Position numbers and translations under genes: made by a program. From positions 1 through 34,348 of the forward strand of contig JAZUKQ010000044.1 in assembly GCA_045643325.1 (NCBI GenBank): 34,348 nucleotides of DNA. The letters are read 5' to 3'. The notes beneath the pieces were generated by a model, which made no database searches, had not been told where the DNA came from, and saw nothing but the letters and a program-made list of their open reading frames with translations. Below, in pieces: positions 24,715 through 34,286 of the stretch (positions are counted from its first letter, which is position 1; the number at the start of each line of letters is the position of its first letter). Source of the DNA: Kiritimatiellia bacterium (GTDB taxonomy: Bacteria; Verrucomicrobiota; Kiritimatiellia; RFP12; JAZUKQ01).

Positions 24715-25437
24715 TTACATCTGCTCGGGGGCGGGACGGTTGGTTCCGTCGCCGGCGGGGGCGGGGGCACCGCCGTTCCGGTTTCCGCGGTTACCGCGCG
24801 GGCCGCGGGCATTGTTTCCTCCGGGTCCGAAACCGCCCTGACCTCCCTGACCGAAACCGCCCTGACCTCCGCGACGGCGGTTGAAGCGCTCCTGGATGTT
24901 CTTCTGGTACTCGGTGAGTTTCGCGGACTGTTCGGGAGTGAACTGGGCGCGGAGGGCGAGTAGACGCTTCACCTGGAGTTTGGTGATCTCGGTGCGGATA
25001 CCGCAGGTCTCTTCGACGGCCTTAAGAATGGCCTCTTCGTCGAGAGGCTGGGCGGCGAGAAGCTCGGTCTGCTTTTTGGTGGCCTCGTCGAGCATCTGCA
25101 TCAAGGGCTGGAGAAGCTCGTCGAAGGGCTTGACGGCCTCCTGCATCTGGGCATACTGCTCGTCGGTAATGCCGATTTCTTGACGGAAGCGGGCGCTCTG
25201 GACAGGAAGGTTGAGTTGCATGTCGCTCATCATTCCGCCCATCATGCCGCCCATCATGCCGCCCATCATGCCGCCGCGCCCGAATCCACGGCCGGGGTTC
25301 GGGGGCGGAGGCTGCTGTTCGTTCATCTGAGCGCCGCCGGCGGGAGGCGGGGGCGGAGGAGCGCCGGCGGGGGCGTCTTGCGCGAGGACGGACGCTGCGG
25401 CGAGAGAGAGAAACAACGAGGAAAGAATCGTCTTCAT
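24715..25437 (-). CDS. Spy/CpxP-family periplasmic helical protein with Met/Gly-rich low-complexity arms
   Basis: Signal peptide; LTxxQ-type motifs 'IGITDEQ' and 'QFTPEQ'; 'LDEEAI'; (GGMM)x3 and GGQGGFG repeats. Confidence 0.75.
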   Translation of the reverse strand: MKTILSSLFLSLAAASVLAQDAPAGAPPPPPPAGGAQMNEQQPPPPNPGRGFGRGGMMGGMMGGMMGGMMSDMQLNLPVQSARFRQEIGITDEQYAQMQEAVKPFDELLQPLMQMLDEATKKQTELLAAQPLDEEAILKAVEETCGIRTEITKLQVKRLLALRAQFTPEQSAKLTEYQKNIQERFNRRRGGQGGFGQGGQGGFGPGGNNARGPRGNRGNRNGGAPAPAGDGTNRPAPEQM

Positions 25438-25517
25438 AGTGCGTTGGTTAGGGGTTGATGGATGGATGGAACACGTCAGACTGATGATAGAACGAAAAAA
25501 TCCGAAGCGATATTTTG

Positions 25518-25549
25518 AAAAAACCTCCAGGAGGACATCCTGGAGGTTT
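25518..25549 (-). terminator. Rho-independent terminator of the lipoprotein gene
   Basis: The minus strand reads AAACCTCCAGGA-TGTCC-TCCTGGAGG followed by a T6 tract. Confidence 0.75.
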
Positions 25550-25594
25550 CATGCAGTCGGTCAAAGCCTTTGCGAATCTGAAAGAGCGCGTTTC

Positions 25595-26452
25595 CTAGTT
25601 GGAGGATTCGACGTTGTTGCGGCCGGAACCGGAGCAGGAGCCGGAGAACGGAACCGTCTTCTTTCCGCTGTTGATGACGCCGTCCATCGTGCGGCTGGAC
25701 TGGAGGCTGTTGAAGGTGCCGGAAATTGAGCCCTTGCTGCCGGAGGCGTTGTATTTCGCGATGATCTGGGTCGAGGAGGCGATCTGATCGGAATTATAGT
25801 CGACACCGGAGATTTTTCCGTTGTAGACGGAGCCGTCGCTTCCGACAATCGTGATGTTCTGGCCCATCTGCTGGACGGAGAAGGAGGTCAGCACCGTGAC
25901 GGCCTTCGAGCCGGAGGACGTCGAGGACGTCGTGACGGACGTCGTGGTGAACGTGATGGAGCCGCCGGTGAAGACCGCGCCGGAATAGCCGGTGATGTTG
26001 ATGTTGTACGCGCCGGAGGCGTGGGTGACGCCCGCGGAGCAGTTGGGGTCGGAGGAGTCGAGGGTGCTGCTTCCGCTGTCCGTGAAGGTCGCGGAACCAG
26101 AATGGGTGGTCGGAGTGACGACCTGCTTGAGGCCGACCTTGTTCGTCACATACGTCACATAGGAGAAGTTGACGGCGATGGCGACGGAGCCGGGGACCAT
26201 GGAGGCGCCGGTGGAGCCGGAGAACGCTTTGAGGCTCAGCGTCTTAATCTCCCCTCCCGTTGTGGACGACGAGGTGACGCCCGCGGCGTTCTCGCCCTCG
26301 GTGATGTTCGCGGCGAGGCCGTACGTGCCGGAGAAGTTGACCAGATTGTAGGAATCGTTCCAGGACGAGCCGGAATCGGACGAGGACCACTCGCAACCGG
26401 AGATGAAGGCGACCGCCGCGAGAGAGGTGAGAAGAAGGGCTTTGGAATGCAT
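25595..26452 (-). CDS. Ser/Thr/Gly-rich lipoprotein of unknown function
   Basis: GGAG RBS; signal peptide with lipobox ISG-C; beta-strand-rich sequence; strong TCC/ACC/GGC codon bias. Confidence 0.8.
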   Translation of the reverse strand: MHSKALLLTSLAAVAFISGCEWSSSDSGSSWNDSYNLVNFSGTYGLAANITEGENAAGVTSSSTTGGEIKTLSLKAFSGSTGASMVPGSVAIAVNFSYVTYVTNKVGLKQVVTPTTHSGSATFTDSGSSTLDSSDPNCSAGVTHASGAYNINITGYSGAVFTGGSITFTTTSVTTSSTSSGSKAVTVLTSFSVQQMGQNITIVGSDGSVYNGKISGVDYNSDQIASSTQIIAKYNASGSKGSISGTFNSLQSSRTMDGVINSGKKTVPFSGSCSGSGRNNVESSN

Positions 26453-26751
26453 GGCGAAAACGTACTCCTAATATGGAACCGAATAACGGGTTGCCGTGTA
26501 TTTTAGCGGAAAGACGATGCGGACGCAACGGGATTTTTGGGTTGATGAAAAGTAGTTCGCTATCCGCGCGGAGCGTCCCCGCGTCCGTCCATGTTTTGGA
26601 GCGCGACTCCGGCGGCCGGAACCAGAAAAACACGACGCCCGGAACCTTCTGCCGGAAATTCTCGTTGTCCTTGTCAGGAAGCGAACTGGATTCCAAGGTT
26701 TGGGCAACCCGGCGGTTTTCGGCGCGCGGGCCCTTCCCGGCGTTTGCTCTC

Positions 26752-26780
26752 TTGACGCACACGCGGAAAATCACGATAAT
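26752..26780 (+). promoter_or_regulatory. Sigma70 promoter for the ankyrin/MORN-znuCB operon
   Basis: TTGACG-17 bp-GATAAT. Confidence 0.6.
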
Positions 26781-26844
26781 GACCCGAAGTTTTTAAGCGA
26801 TCAGCGACTTTCGCGCCGTTTTTCCGAGACTCACCCAGCGTCCG

Positions 26845-28092
26845 ATGAAGCGTACGATTTTTCTTCTCCTTTTCTCCCTTTTCTCCGCCGTCTCCGTCAT
26901 GGCCGACCCGATGGATATTTTTGTATCCATCTATAATAACGACATGAAAATGTTCCGCGCGGTCCTGAAAAAAGAGAAAAAAGCCGCTCTGACGGTCCGC
27001 CTCGACAACGGCGACACGCCGCTCATGTATGCCGTCACCCACGACCGGCCGCTGATGGTCCATACCCTTCTCAAGGAGGGATGCGACATGAATCTTACGG
27101 GCGAGAAGAATTTCACTGCGCTTCATTTCGCCGTATACCATGAGAAGAAGGACTGTCTCCGCCTGTTGCTCGAGAACGGAGCCGATCCGAACCGGCAGTC
27201 CGACGGCGGATGGACGCCCTTGCTTCTCGCGGTCCGGAAAAAGAACGCCGGAATCGTCCGGAACCTGCTGGACGCGGGCGCGGATCCGGAGATCCCTGTC
27301 CATGGAGTGACAGCGATCCAGCTCGCGGAGAAATCCGGAGTCCCCGAGATCGCCGAAAGTCTCCGCAAGGCCGTCGCGAAACGGTCCGCCGCCTCCGCGA
27401 AGGCGCCTCCGGAAAATGCCGCGCCTCCCAAGGCGCCGTCTGCGAAGCCGGTTTCTCCGGCGCCGAAACCGGCCCCGAAACCTCCTGTCGCGACAACGCC
27501 TTCCGCGAAACCCTCGGCCCCGAAACCCTCGGCCCCGAAACCCTCCGCGAAAAATCCGGCCCCGAAGCCTTCCGCGAAACCTTCGGCGCCGAAACCGCCC
27601 GCGCCAGCCAAGCCGTCAGCCGCTTCCGTTCCGAAACCGCCCGCGCCCCCGCGACCGTCCACGGAGAAAGGACAGAAACTCCGGGAAGAGGTTCTCGAAG
27701 AGGTCCGCGGAAAGGTCCGGGGGCAGGTCCACGAGATGACCGGCTTCGACGGCGAGACATATATCGGGGAGATGTCCGGAGGAAAATTCCAGGGATACGG
27801 CGCCATGCTGTATCGGAACGGCTCGCGGTACGACGGCTCCTGGCACCGCGGAAAGAAGAACGGGACCGGCACGTTCTTCTATGCGAACGGGGATTCCTAT
27901 GTCGGTGAATGGTCCGGCGACGCCCCGCACGGCCCCGGAGAATTCTTCTATAAGAACGGAGGGTTCGTGAAGGGCACCTGGCGCAATGGAATCCTCCGGG
28001 ACGGAGCGGGCGAGTTTGTCGATACCAAAGGCAGGCGTTTCCGCTGCGTCTGGACGGACGGAAAATGCGAACGGACGCCGATGGATGAGTAA
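26845..28092 (+). CDS. Secreted ankyrin-repeat / Pro-Lys linker / MORN-repeat protein
   Basis: Signal peptide; ankyrin repeats GDTPLMYAV, FTALHFAV and GWTPLLLAV; (PSAPK/PSAK)n linker; MORN repeats YIGEMSGGKFQGYG, YDGSWHRGKKNGTG and YVGEWSGDAPHGPG. Confidence 0.88.
   Translation: MKRTIFLLLFSLFSAVSVMADPMDIFVSIYNNDMKMFRAVLKKEKKAALTVRLDNGDTPLMYAVTHDRPLMVHTLLKEGCDMNLTGEKNFTALHFAVYHEKKDCLRLLLENGADPNRQSDGGWTPLLLAVRKKNAGIVRNLLDAGADPEIPVHGVTAIQLAEKSGVPEIAESLRKAVAKRSAASAKAPPENAAPPKAPSAKPVSPAPKPAPKPPVATTPSAKPSAPKPSAPKPSAKNPAPKPSAKPSAPKPPAPAKPSAASVPKPPAPPRPSTEKGQKLREEVLEEVRGKVRGQVHEMTGFDGETYIGEMSGGKFQGYGAMLYRNGSRYDGSWHRGKKNGTGTFFYANGDSYVGEWSGDAPHGPGEFFYKNGGFVKGTWRNGILRDGAGEFVDTKGRRFRCVWTDGKCERTPMDE
27500..27600 (+). 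repeat. Intragenic 12/15-bp tandem repeats encoding PSAK/PSAPK
   Basis: ccctcggccccgaaa occurs twice exactly in tandem (27511-27540), with variants such as ccttccgcgaaa. Confidence 0.75.
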
Positions 28093-28876
28093 TCCCGCCG
28101 ATATCCGGGTGGAGGACGTCTGCTTCGCCTACGGGGACCGGGAGGTTCTCCATAACGTGGCGTTCGAGATCCCTCGCGGCGCGTTCGTCGCCGTGGTCGG
28201 TCCGAACGGCGGCGGAAAGACGACCCTGATGCGGCTTGTCCTGGGCGAACTGCAGCCGCTCTACGGTCAAATCCGGCTGTTGGGCGGCTCCGTGCCGGCG
28301 AACCGTCCGCGGGTGGGATATGTCCCGCAGCAGATGGCGTTCGACTCCGCGTTTCCCGTGACGGTCTCCGACGTGGTTGTGATGGGGACCGCGGGCGCCC
28401 GATGGGGCGGCTACCGCGCCGCCGAGCGCGCCCGGGCCGCCGCGGCGCTCGGGCGCGTCGGGCTGGACGGTTTCGGACCGCGCCCGTTCCACGCGCTCTC
28501 GGGCGGCCAGCGCCAGCGGGTCCTCATCGCGCAGGCGCTGGTCGGAGACCCGGAGATGCTGGTCCTCGACGAGCCGACGGCGAATGTCGACGAGAAGAGC
28601 GAGGCGGACATCTACGCGCTGCTCACCGGATGGAACCGGGAGGGACGCACCGTGGTCGTCGTCTCGCACAATCTTTCCGTCGTCACCGCGCAGGCGACGC
28701 ATGTCCTTTGCGTGAACCGCGCCGCCGCGCTTCACCGCATGGAGGAGTTGACGGACGGTTGGATCGAGGCGCCCGGAGGCGGGCGGTTCGTCCTCATCCA
28801 CCACCGGGAGGAATGTCAGGTGAACCATGTGGGCGAGGCCCACACGCCGCACAGGGGAGAGCACGGCCATGGATGA
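28085..28876 (+). CDS. znuC: Zn/Mn ABC transporter ATP-binding protein
   Basis: GPNGGGKTT, VGYVPQ, LSGGQRQRVLIA, LDEPTANVD, VSH and a His-rich C-terminal tail. The start overlaps the upstream stop. Confidence 0.88.
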   Translation: MSNPADIRVEDVCFAYGDREVLHNVAFEIPRGAFVAVVGPNGGGKTTLMRLVLGELQPLYGQIRLLGGSVPANRPRVGYVPQQMAFDSAFPVTVSDVVVMGTAGARWGGYRAAERARAAAALGRVGLDGFGPRPFHALSGGQRQRVLIAQALVGDPEMLVLDEPTANVDEKSEADIYALLTGWNREGRTVVVVSHNLSVVTAQATHVLCVNRAAALHRMEELTDGWIEAPGGGRFVLIHHREECQVNHVGEAHTPHRGEHGHG

Positions 28877-29732
28877 GTTCCTTTCCGGACTTGCGGCGGC
28901 GGCGTTTCTTCGGCGGGCCGTCGTGGCGGCGCTGCTGGCGTCCGTCGTCTGCGGCGTCCTCGGCACGCTCGCGGTCGTGCGCCGCTCGACGTATGTGGCG
29001 GGCGCGGTGTCGCATTCCGTGCTCGCGGGCATCGGGTTCGCGCGGTACGCGGCGGTCGTCTGGGGATGGACCTGGATGACGCCCCGCGTCGGCTCTATGG
29101 CCGCGGCGCTCGTCGTGGCGGCGATCCTCGGGTCGGCCGCGCAGCGGGAGCGGGTGCGCGGCGATACGGTGCTCAGCATCGTATGGACCGTCGGGATGGC
29201 GGTGGGACTCGCGTTTCTGGCGGGGGTCCCCGGATACAAGGCCGACTTGATGAACGCGTTGTTCGGCAACATCCTGCTTGTGACGGAGACGGATCTCGTC
29301 TGGATGGCTTCGTTCGGCGTCGTGGCGGTCGCGGCGCTCGCGGCGACGTGGCGCTGGGTGCTCGCGACGTGTTTTCACGCGGGTCTCGCGCGACTTCGCG
29401 GAGTGCCCGTCCCGGCGGTGGAGACGATGCTCTCGGTGCTGGAGGCGCTCGCGGTGGTGATGCTCGTCAAAATCGTCGGCGTCGTCTTGATCATCGCGTT
29501 GTTGGCGATTCCGGCGGCCGCGGCCGGGATGATGACGCGGCGGCTCGTCCCGATGATGTTCGTCGCGACGGGACTTTCCGTGTTCGTGACGGTCGGCGGG
29601 CTCGCGCTCGCCTACGCCCCCGACTGGCCCGTCGGCCCGACCATCGTATTGCTTTCCACGGCGGTGTACGGAGCCGTCGCCCTGGCCGCGCACGCGCTCC
29701 GGAAAAAAAACGCCTCCCGTACGGTCCGTTGA
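28869..29732 (+). CDS. znuB: Zn/Mn ABC transporter permease
   Basis: RRSTYVAGAVSHSVLAG, LFGNILLV and KIVGVVLIIALLAIPAAAA (ABC-3 family pattern). Confidence 0.88.
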   Translation: MDEFLSGLAAAAFLRRAVVAALLASVVCGVLGTLAVVRRSTYVAGAVSHSVLAGIGFARYAAVVWGWTWMTPRVGSMAAALVVAAILGSAAQRERVRGDTVLSIVWTVGMAVGLAFLAGVPGYKADLMNALFGNILLVTETDLVWMASFGVVAVAALAATWRWVLATCFHAGLARLRGVPVPAVETMLSVLEALAVVMLVKIVGVVLIIALLAIPAAAAGMMTRRLVPMMFVATGLSVFVTVGGLALAYAPDWPVGPTIVLLSTAVYGAVALAAHALRKKNASRTVR

Positions 29733-29810
29733 GACAACCGTCCTTCTCATTCCGGCCTTTCGGACCGCTCCAACCTCCCGCATATTTTTAACCTTTCAAA
29801 CTGTCCGCCG

Positions 29811-30656
29811 ATGCATCCCATTTTTCTCCGTATAGGCTCGTTCGTCATTCATTGGTACGGCGTCTGCATGGCCGCCGGGTTTGTCTGTTTCCTGCTGACG
29901 CTCCAGCACTTCGGAAAAGGGACGCGCCGTACCGGCGACTACATCTCGAACCTTGTGACGCTTCTGATCGTCTCCGCGATCGGAGGCGCGCGCGCCGCGT
30001 ATGTCATCGAGCACTGGACGAGCGGCGGATACGCGACGAATTTCTGGAGTGTGTTCAATATCCGCGAGGGCGGATTGATGTTCTACGGAGGTCTGCTCTG
30101 CTGTTGGGCGGCCATCACCGGGTTCGTCCGTTGTCATAAGGAGCGGTATTTCGACTTTCTCGATTTTCTCGTCACCGCGCTGCCGATCGGCCACGCCTGC
30201 GGGCGGGTCGGCTGCTTTCTGGAGGGATGCTGCTTCGGCGCGTTGACCGACGGACCGCTCGGCGTGCATTATCCCATCGGGTCCCATCTCTGGACGCATC
30301 AGGTTGAGATCGGGCTGATCGACAAGGCGTCGGCCCCGCTGCCCGTCTATCCGAGCCAGTTGTTCGAGGCGGGGCTTCTCGTCATGCTCTACGTCGTGCT
30401 TTTCCGGCTCTATCGCCGCCGCCGGTTCGAGGGCCAGTCTCTCGCGACGTATTTTGTCGGCTACGCGGTCATCCGGTACGTCATCGAGTTATTCCGTTCC
30501 GATGTCCGCGCGATGGTCGGACCGTTCACCATTTCCCAGTTTATCAGCGTCTGCCTCTTCGTATTCGGCGCGGGGCTGTGGATTGTCGGAACACGGTCCA
30601 AACGGCTGCGGATCGGGCGGGAAGACGTGACGGAGGGCGGGACGCCCCGCGCCTGA
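29811..30656 (+). CDS. lgt: Prolipoprotein diacylglyceryl transferase
   Basis: MHPIF..IG...IHWYG, IGGARAAYV, GGLMFYGG, GRVGCFLEGCCFG, YPSQLFE and RYVIELFR. Confidence 0.9.
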   Translation: MHPIFLRIGSFVIHWYGVCMAAGFVCFLLTLQHFGKGTRRTGDYISNLVTLLIVSAIGGARAAYVIEHWTSGGYATNFWSVFNIREGGLMFYGGLLCCWAAITGFVRCHKERYFDFLDFLVTALPIGHACGRVGCFLEGCCFGALTDGPLGVHYPIGSHLWTHQVEIGLIDKASAPLPVYPSQLFEAGLLVMLYVVLFRLYRRRRFEGQSLATYFVGYAVIRYVIELFRSDVRAMVGPFTISQFISVCLFVFGAGLWIVGTRSKRLRIGREDVTEGGTPRA

Positions 30657-30671
30657 CGAAGGCCGGACGCG

Positions 30672-31787
30672 CTATTTCGCCGAGGGAATCGGACAGGTCG
30701 CGAGGGGTTTTCCTCCGGACGGAGTGACGACGACCGTGTCCTCGATGCGGACGCCGCCGAGACCGGGATAGTAGAGACCCGGCTCGTCGGTCACGACCAT
30801 GTTTTCGGCGAGCTCGTTCTTGACGCGTCCGAGAACGGGATTCTCGTGGATCTCGAGTCCGACACCGTGGCCGGTTCCGTGGAAGTATCCGACCATGCGC
30901 CCGTCTTCCATATAGGTCTTGTAGCCGGCTTTCGCAAACGTCTCCTCGACGAACGCGTGAATCCGCGCGCCGTCGGCGCCGGGGACGACGAGCCGTTTCA
31001 CGGCGGTCTGGACCTTGCGGACCGTCTCGTACATCTTCCGCTGTTCGTCCGAGAGGTCGCCGCGCCAGTAGGTCCGGGTCAGATCTCCCCAATAGCCTGT
31101 CGTCAGCGAGCGCGGGAAGAAGTCGATGACGATGAATTTTCCGGCCTTGAGCGGTCCGTGTCCCATCTCGTGCGGGTCGACGGCCTGGTCCCCGCAGGCG
31201 ACAATGGTGTCCTCGTCGATGCAGTCGAGCGGAAGAATTTCCGCGCGCATGGCGGCGCGGACGCGTTCCGCGGTGAGAGGCTTGCCGTCGAGGAGAAGCG
31301 TATTCCGCGGACCGATTTCCGAGCGGTCGATCATCTCCTTGGCGCGGAGCATTCCCGCGACGGCGGCGCGCTGGGTCGCGCGGAGTTTCTTGAGTTCGTC
31401 CGCGGTTTTGACGACGCGCTGCGGCCGGAGACCCCGCGACGGGAACGAGGTCAGGTCCAGACCTTCCTTTTCCAGCGATTTCGCGAGGCCGAACGGAAAC
31501 TCCGACCCGACGGCGAGCCGGCGGAGTCCGCGCCGGCGGCAGAGCGCGACAATCTGGTCCGCGAGCGAGGAACGGCCCTGAAAACCGAGTTTTCCGGCCG
31601 ACCATACCGTCGCGTGCGGCACTTGGCGCGACGCGCGGCCGAGTTCGAGCTCGGAGACGACAAGGTCGAGCGTTCCGTCGGGATGGACCAGAAGGGTGAC
31701 GGGATCCGATGCGGAGAAGCCGGTCGCGTGAAAGATGTCGGGACACGCGCGCGGCGCGCCGTAATAGAGAATGGAAAGCGCTTGCAT
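30672..31787 (-). CDS. Xaa-Pro peptidase (M24 family)
   Basis: KTADEL, DPHE, IDFFP, GYWGDLTRT, HGTGHGVGLEIHE and EPGLYYPGLGGVRIED. AAGGAG RBS before ATG 31787. Confidence 0.9.
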   Translation of the reverse strand: MQALSILYYGAPRACPDIFHATGFSASDPVTLLVHPDGTLDLVVSELELGRASRQVPHATVWSAGKLGFQGRSSLADQIVALCRRRGLRRLAVGSEFPFGLAKSLEKEGLDLTSFPSRGLRPQRVVKTADELKKLRATQRAAVAGMLRAKEMIDRSEIGPRNTLLLDGKPLTAERVRAAMRAEILPLDCIDEDTIVACGDQAVDPHEMGHGPLKAGKFIVIDFFPRSLTTGYWGDLTRTYWRGDLSDEQRKMYETVRKVQTAVKRLVVPGADGARIHAFVEETFAKAGYKTYMEDGRMVGYFHGTGHGVGLEIHENPVLGRVKNELAENMVVTDEPGLYYPGLGGVRIEDTVVVTPSGGKPLATCPIPSAK

Positions 31788-32008
31788 GCGGATAGTATAC
31801 TCCTTATTCGCTCCACATGCTCTCCGGACTTTGCGGACATTGTCCGAATTCAAAGATTTAATGTCGGAAAAAAGGGCTCAAAAGAGTCGAGAAAAAGGAT
31901 AGAATGTCGGGCGACAGCGATTGTTGCAGCATTTTCGCACCTTCAAAGAAGGCGCTGTTCTGCGGAATCGTGTCTCTCGGTTGGCGACTATACATCGGAA
32001 GTAAAGAA

Positions 32009-32950
32009 ATGAAAGTCAGTTTCGGAGTCGACATCGGCGGTACGAACGTGGTGGTCGGAGTCGTCGCGGAGGACGGGCGGATTCTTTCCAAGCGGAGCTT
32101 CCCGACCCGTGGCCCGCGTCCGGCGGCGGAGGTTTGCTCCGACATCGTCGCCACAATAGACTCTTTGAAACCGGACATTTCTCCGCAGGATGAGATCTGC
32201 GGTATCGGTATCGGGTCTCCGGGCATCATTTATGGAGGAGTCGTCCAGTCCGCGTCCAACCTGCAATGGAAGGAGGTCCCGCTCGCGGAGATGCTGAAGG
32301 AGCGCACGGGGCTTCGAGTGGAGCTCGGCAACGACGCCAACGTCGCCGCGTTCGGCGAATACCGCGTCGGCGGCGGCCATGGAGCGAATTCGCTCGTCAT
32401 GGTGACCATCGGGACGGGAATCGGCGGGGGCATGGTCTTCGACGGGAAGATTCAGGCTGGTTTCAACGGGGGCGGAGGCGAGTTCGGACACATGTCCATC
32501 GTCGCGGGAGGCCGCGAGTGCAGTTGCGGCCGGAAAGGCTGTTGGGAGATGTACGGCTCGGCGACGGCGCTCGTGCGCGCCTCGCGCGAGAAGATGGCCC
32601 GGCGGCTTGACAGCGCGATGTGGCAGGTCTGCGGGGGCGATATCCGCAAAGTGGACGGACGGACGGCGTTCGACGCGATGCGGCTCGGCGACACCGCCGG
32701 CGCCGAGGTGGTCGACGAGTTCGTCGGGTATCTTGCCGAGGGAATCCGTTCCATTGTCACGCTTCTGCAGCCGGAGATTCTCTGCATCGGCGGAGGCGTC
32801 TCGGCCGAGGGCGATTTTCTGATGAAACCGCTCGCGAAGAAAATCAACGAGGACGTGCTGTTCACATGGTTTCCGCGGAAAACGAAAATCGTCGCGGCGG
32901 CGTTGCGGGGCGACGCGGGACTTGTCGGCGCCGCGTTGCTTGTCATGTAG
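32009..32950 (+). CDS. ROK-family sugar kinase (glucokinase-like)
   Basis: GVDIGGT, GIGSPG, NDANVAAFGE, TIGTGIGGG, GEFGH and the Zn motif CSCGRKGCWE. No N-terminal HTH. Confidence 0.92.
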   Translation: MKVSFGVDIGGTNVVVGVVAEDGRILSKRSFPTRGPRPAAEVCSDIVATIDSLKPDISPQDEICGIGIGSPGIIYGGVVQSASNLQWKEVPLAEMLKERTGLRVELGNDANVAAFGEYRVGGGHGANSLVMVTIGTGIGGGMVFDGKIQAGFNGGGGEFGHMSIVAGGRECSCGRKGCWEMYGSATALVRASREKMARRLDSAMWQVCGGDIRKVDGRTAFDAMRLGDTAGAEVVDEFVGYLAEGIRSIVTLLQPEILCIGGGVSAEGDFLMKPLAKKINEDVLFTWFPRKTKIVAAALRGDAGLVGAALLVM

Positions 32951-32989
32951 GCGCCACGGCCGGAAGAATACGCGGAGAGGAAAATCGTC

Positions 32990-33985
32990 ATGACGACCGT
33001 CGACCGATTCCGTTCCGTTTTCGCGTTTGAAAAGCCGGACCGCCTTCCGGTCACCGAATGGGCCGGATGGTGGAACAAGACGTTGGACCGCTGGTACGGC
33101 GAGGGGCTTCCGAAAGAGCTTCGCGACCAAGCGGACATCGACGCGTACGTGGGGCTCGACTCGCTCGTCCGCCTGTGGCCGCCCACGATGCGGCCGGACT
33201 GTCCCCAGGCGCCGTCGCACGGCGCGCCGATCATCTTGGACGAGGCGGGCTACGAGGCGCTCCGTCCGCGTCTCTATCCGGAACTCACGCCGGATCATTG
33301 GATCGTCCAAAGGCTTCAGCGTCTCGTTCCGGCGCACGAGTCCGGAAAGACGGCGGTGTGGATCTCCTACGACGGATTCTTCTGGTTCCACCGGAAACTG
33401 CTCGGCATCGAGAACCATCTTTATTCCTTCTATGACCAGCCGGCGCTCTATCACCGGATCTCGGACGATCTGGAGGAGTATACGCTCCGGTGCCTTGAGA
33501 CACTGTTCGACATCCTGAAGCCGGATTTCTATTGCATGTCCGAGGACATGAGCTATAACCTCGGTCCGATGATCGGTGAGGACCTGTTTGACGAGTTCAT
33601 GCTGCCGCACTATCGGAAAATCAACGACTATGCGCACTCCCGGGGCGTTCCGGTCCTTATCGACTCCGACGGAGATGTGACGAAGATGATTCCATGGTTC
33701 CAGCGCGGCGGAATCGACGGCGTGCTTCCGTTGGAGCGTCAGGCTGGCGTGGACATCCATGCCCTCCAGAAGGCCTATCCGAAATTCCTGTTTCTCGGCG
33801 GATACGACAAAATGGTCATGCCGCGAGGAGAGGAAGCGATGCGGCGCGAGTTCGAGCGGCTGCTTCCGGCGGTCCGCCACGGCGGCTTCATCCCCGGTGT
33901 CGACCACCAGACACCTCCCGGAGTGTCCTTCGAGAACTACAAAACCTATCTTCGCCTTTTTAAGGAATACGCGGAGAAGGTGTAG
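32990..33985 (+). CDS. Uroporphyrinogen decarboxylase (UroD/MtaA)-fold protein of unknown function
   Basis: MT..DRFRSVFAFEKPDRLP, LLGIENHLYSFYDQP, EDMSYNLGPMIG, IDSDGD, PLERQAG and GGFIPGVDHQTPPGVSFENY. Confidence 0.8.
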   Translation: MTTVDRFRSVFAFEKPDRLPVTEWAGWWNKTLDRWYGEGLPKELRDQADIDAYVGLDSLVRLWPPTMRPDCPQAPSHGAPIILDEAGYEALRPRLYPELTPDHWIVQRLQRLVPAHESGKTAVWISYDGFFWFHRKLLGIENHLYSFYDQPALYHRISDDLEEYTLRCLETLFDILKPDFYCMSEDMSYNLGPMIGEDLFDEFMLPHYRKINDYAHSRGVPVLIDSDGDVTKMIPWFQRGGIDGVLPLERQAGVDIHALQKAYPKFLFLGGYDKMVMPRGEEAMRREFERLLPAVRHGGFIPGVDHQTPPGVSFENYKTYLRLFKEYAEKV

Positions 33986-34257
33986 GACGGGGAAAAGCAG
34001 ACGCGGCGTGACGCGCGCGTTGGACACGCGCCGTCGAAACTCTGTTTTCGCGGAGGAAAGAAACTTCTCGCCGGGTGCCGATTTCTTCGGTTAGTTGTGG
34101 TTTTTCGCCCCTTCTTTTCCTGATTTTCGTTTCGGAGAAACCCTTCCAAGGGTCTGTACAGGACCCTCAGACCCCGTCCCCGCGTCTTTTCATCGACACG
34201 TAAGATGCTTTTATTCAGCGAGATATAAACTATTTTCACATTCCCGAAAATTCCCTC

Positions 34258-34286
34258 TTGCCAATCCGGCGCGGAAAGTCCATACT
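34258..34286 (+). promoter_or_regulatory. Sigma70-type promoter directed out of the window
   Basis: TTGCCA-17 bp-CATACT preceded by an AT-rich UP-like stretch. Confidence 0.55.

Noticed and set aside
26765-26795. Fur/Zur box (GATAATGA) at the ankyrin-znuCB promoter
   Set aside because: Only a half-site coinciding with the -10 hexamer, with no convincing palindrome.
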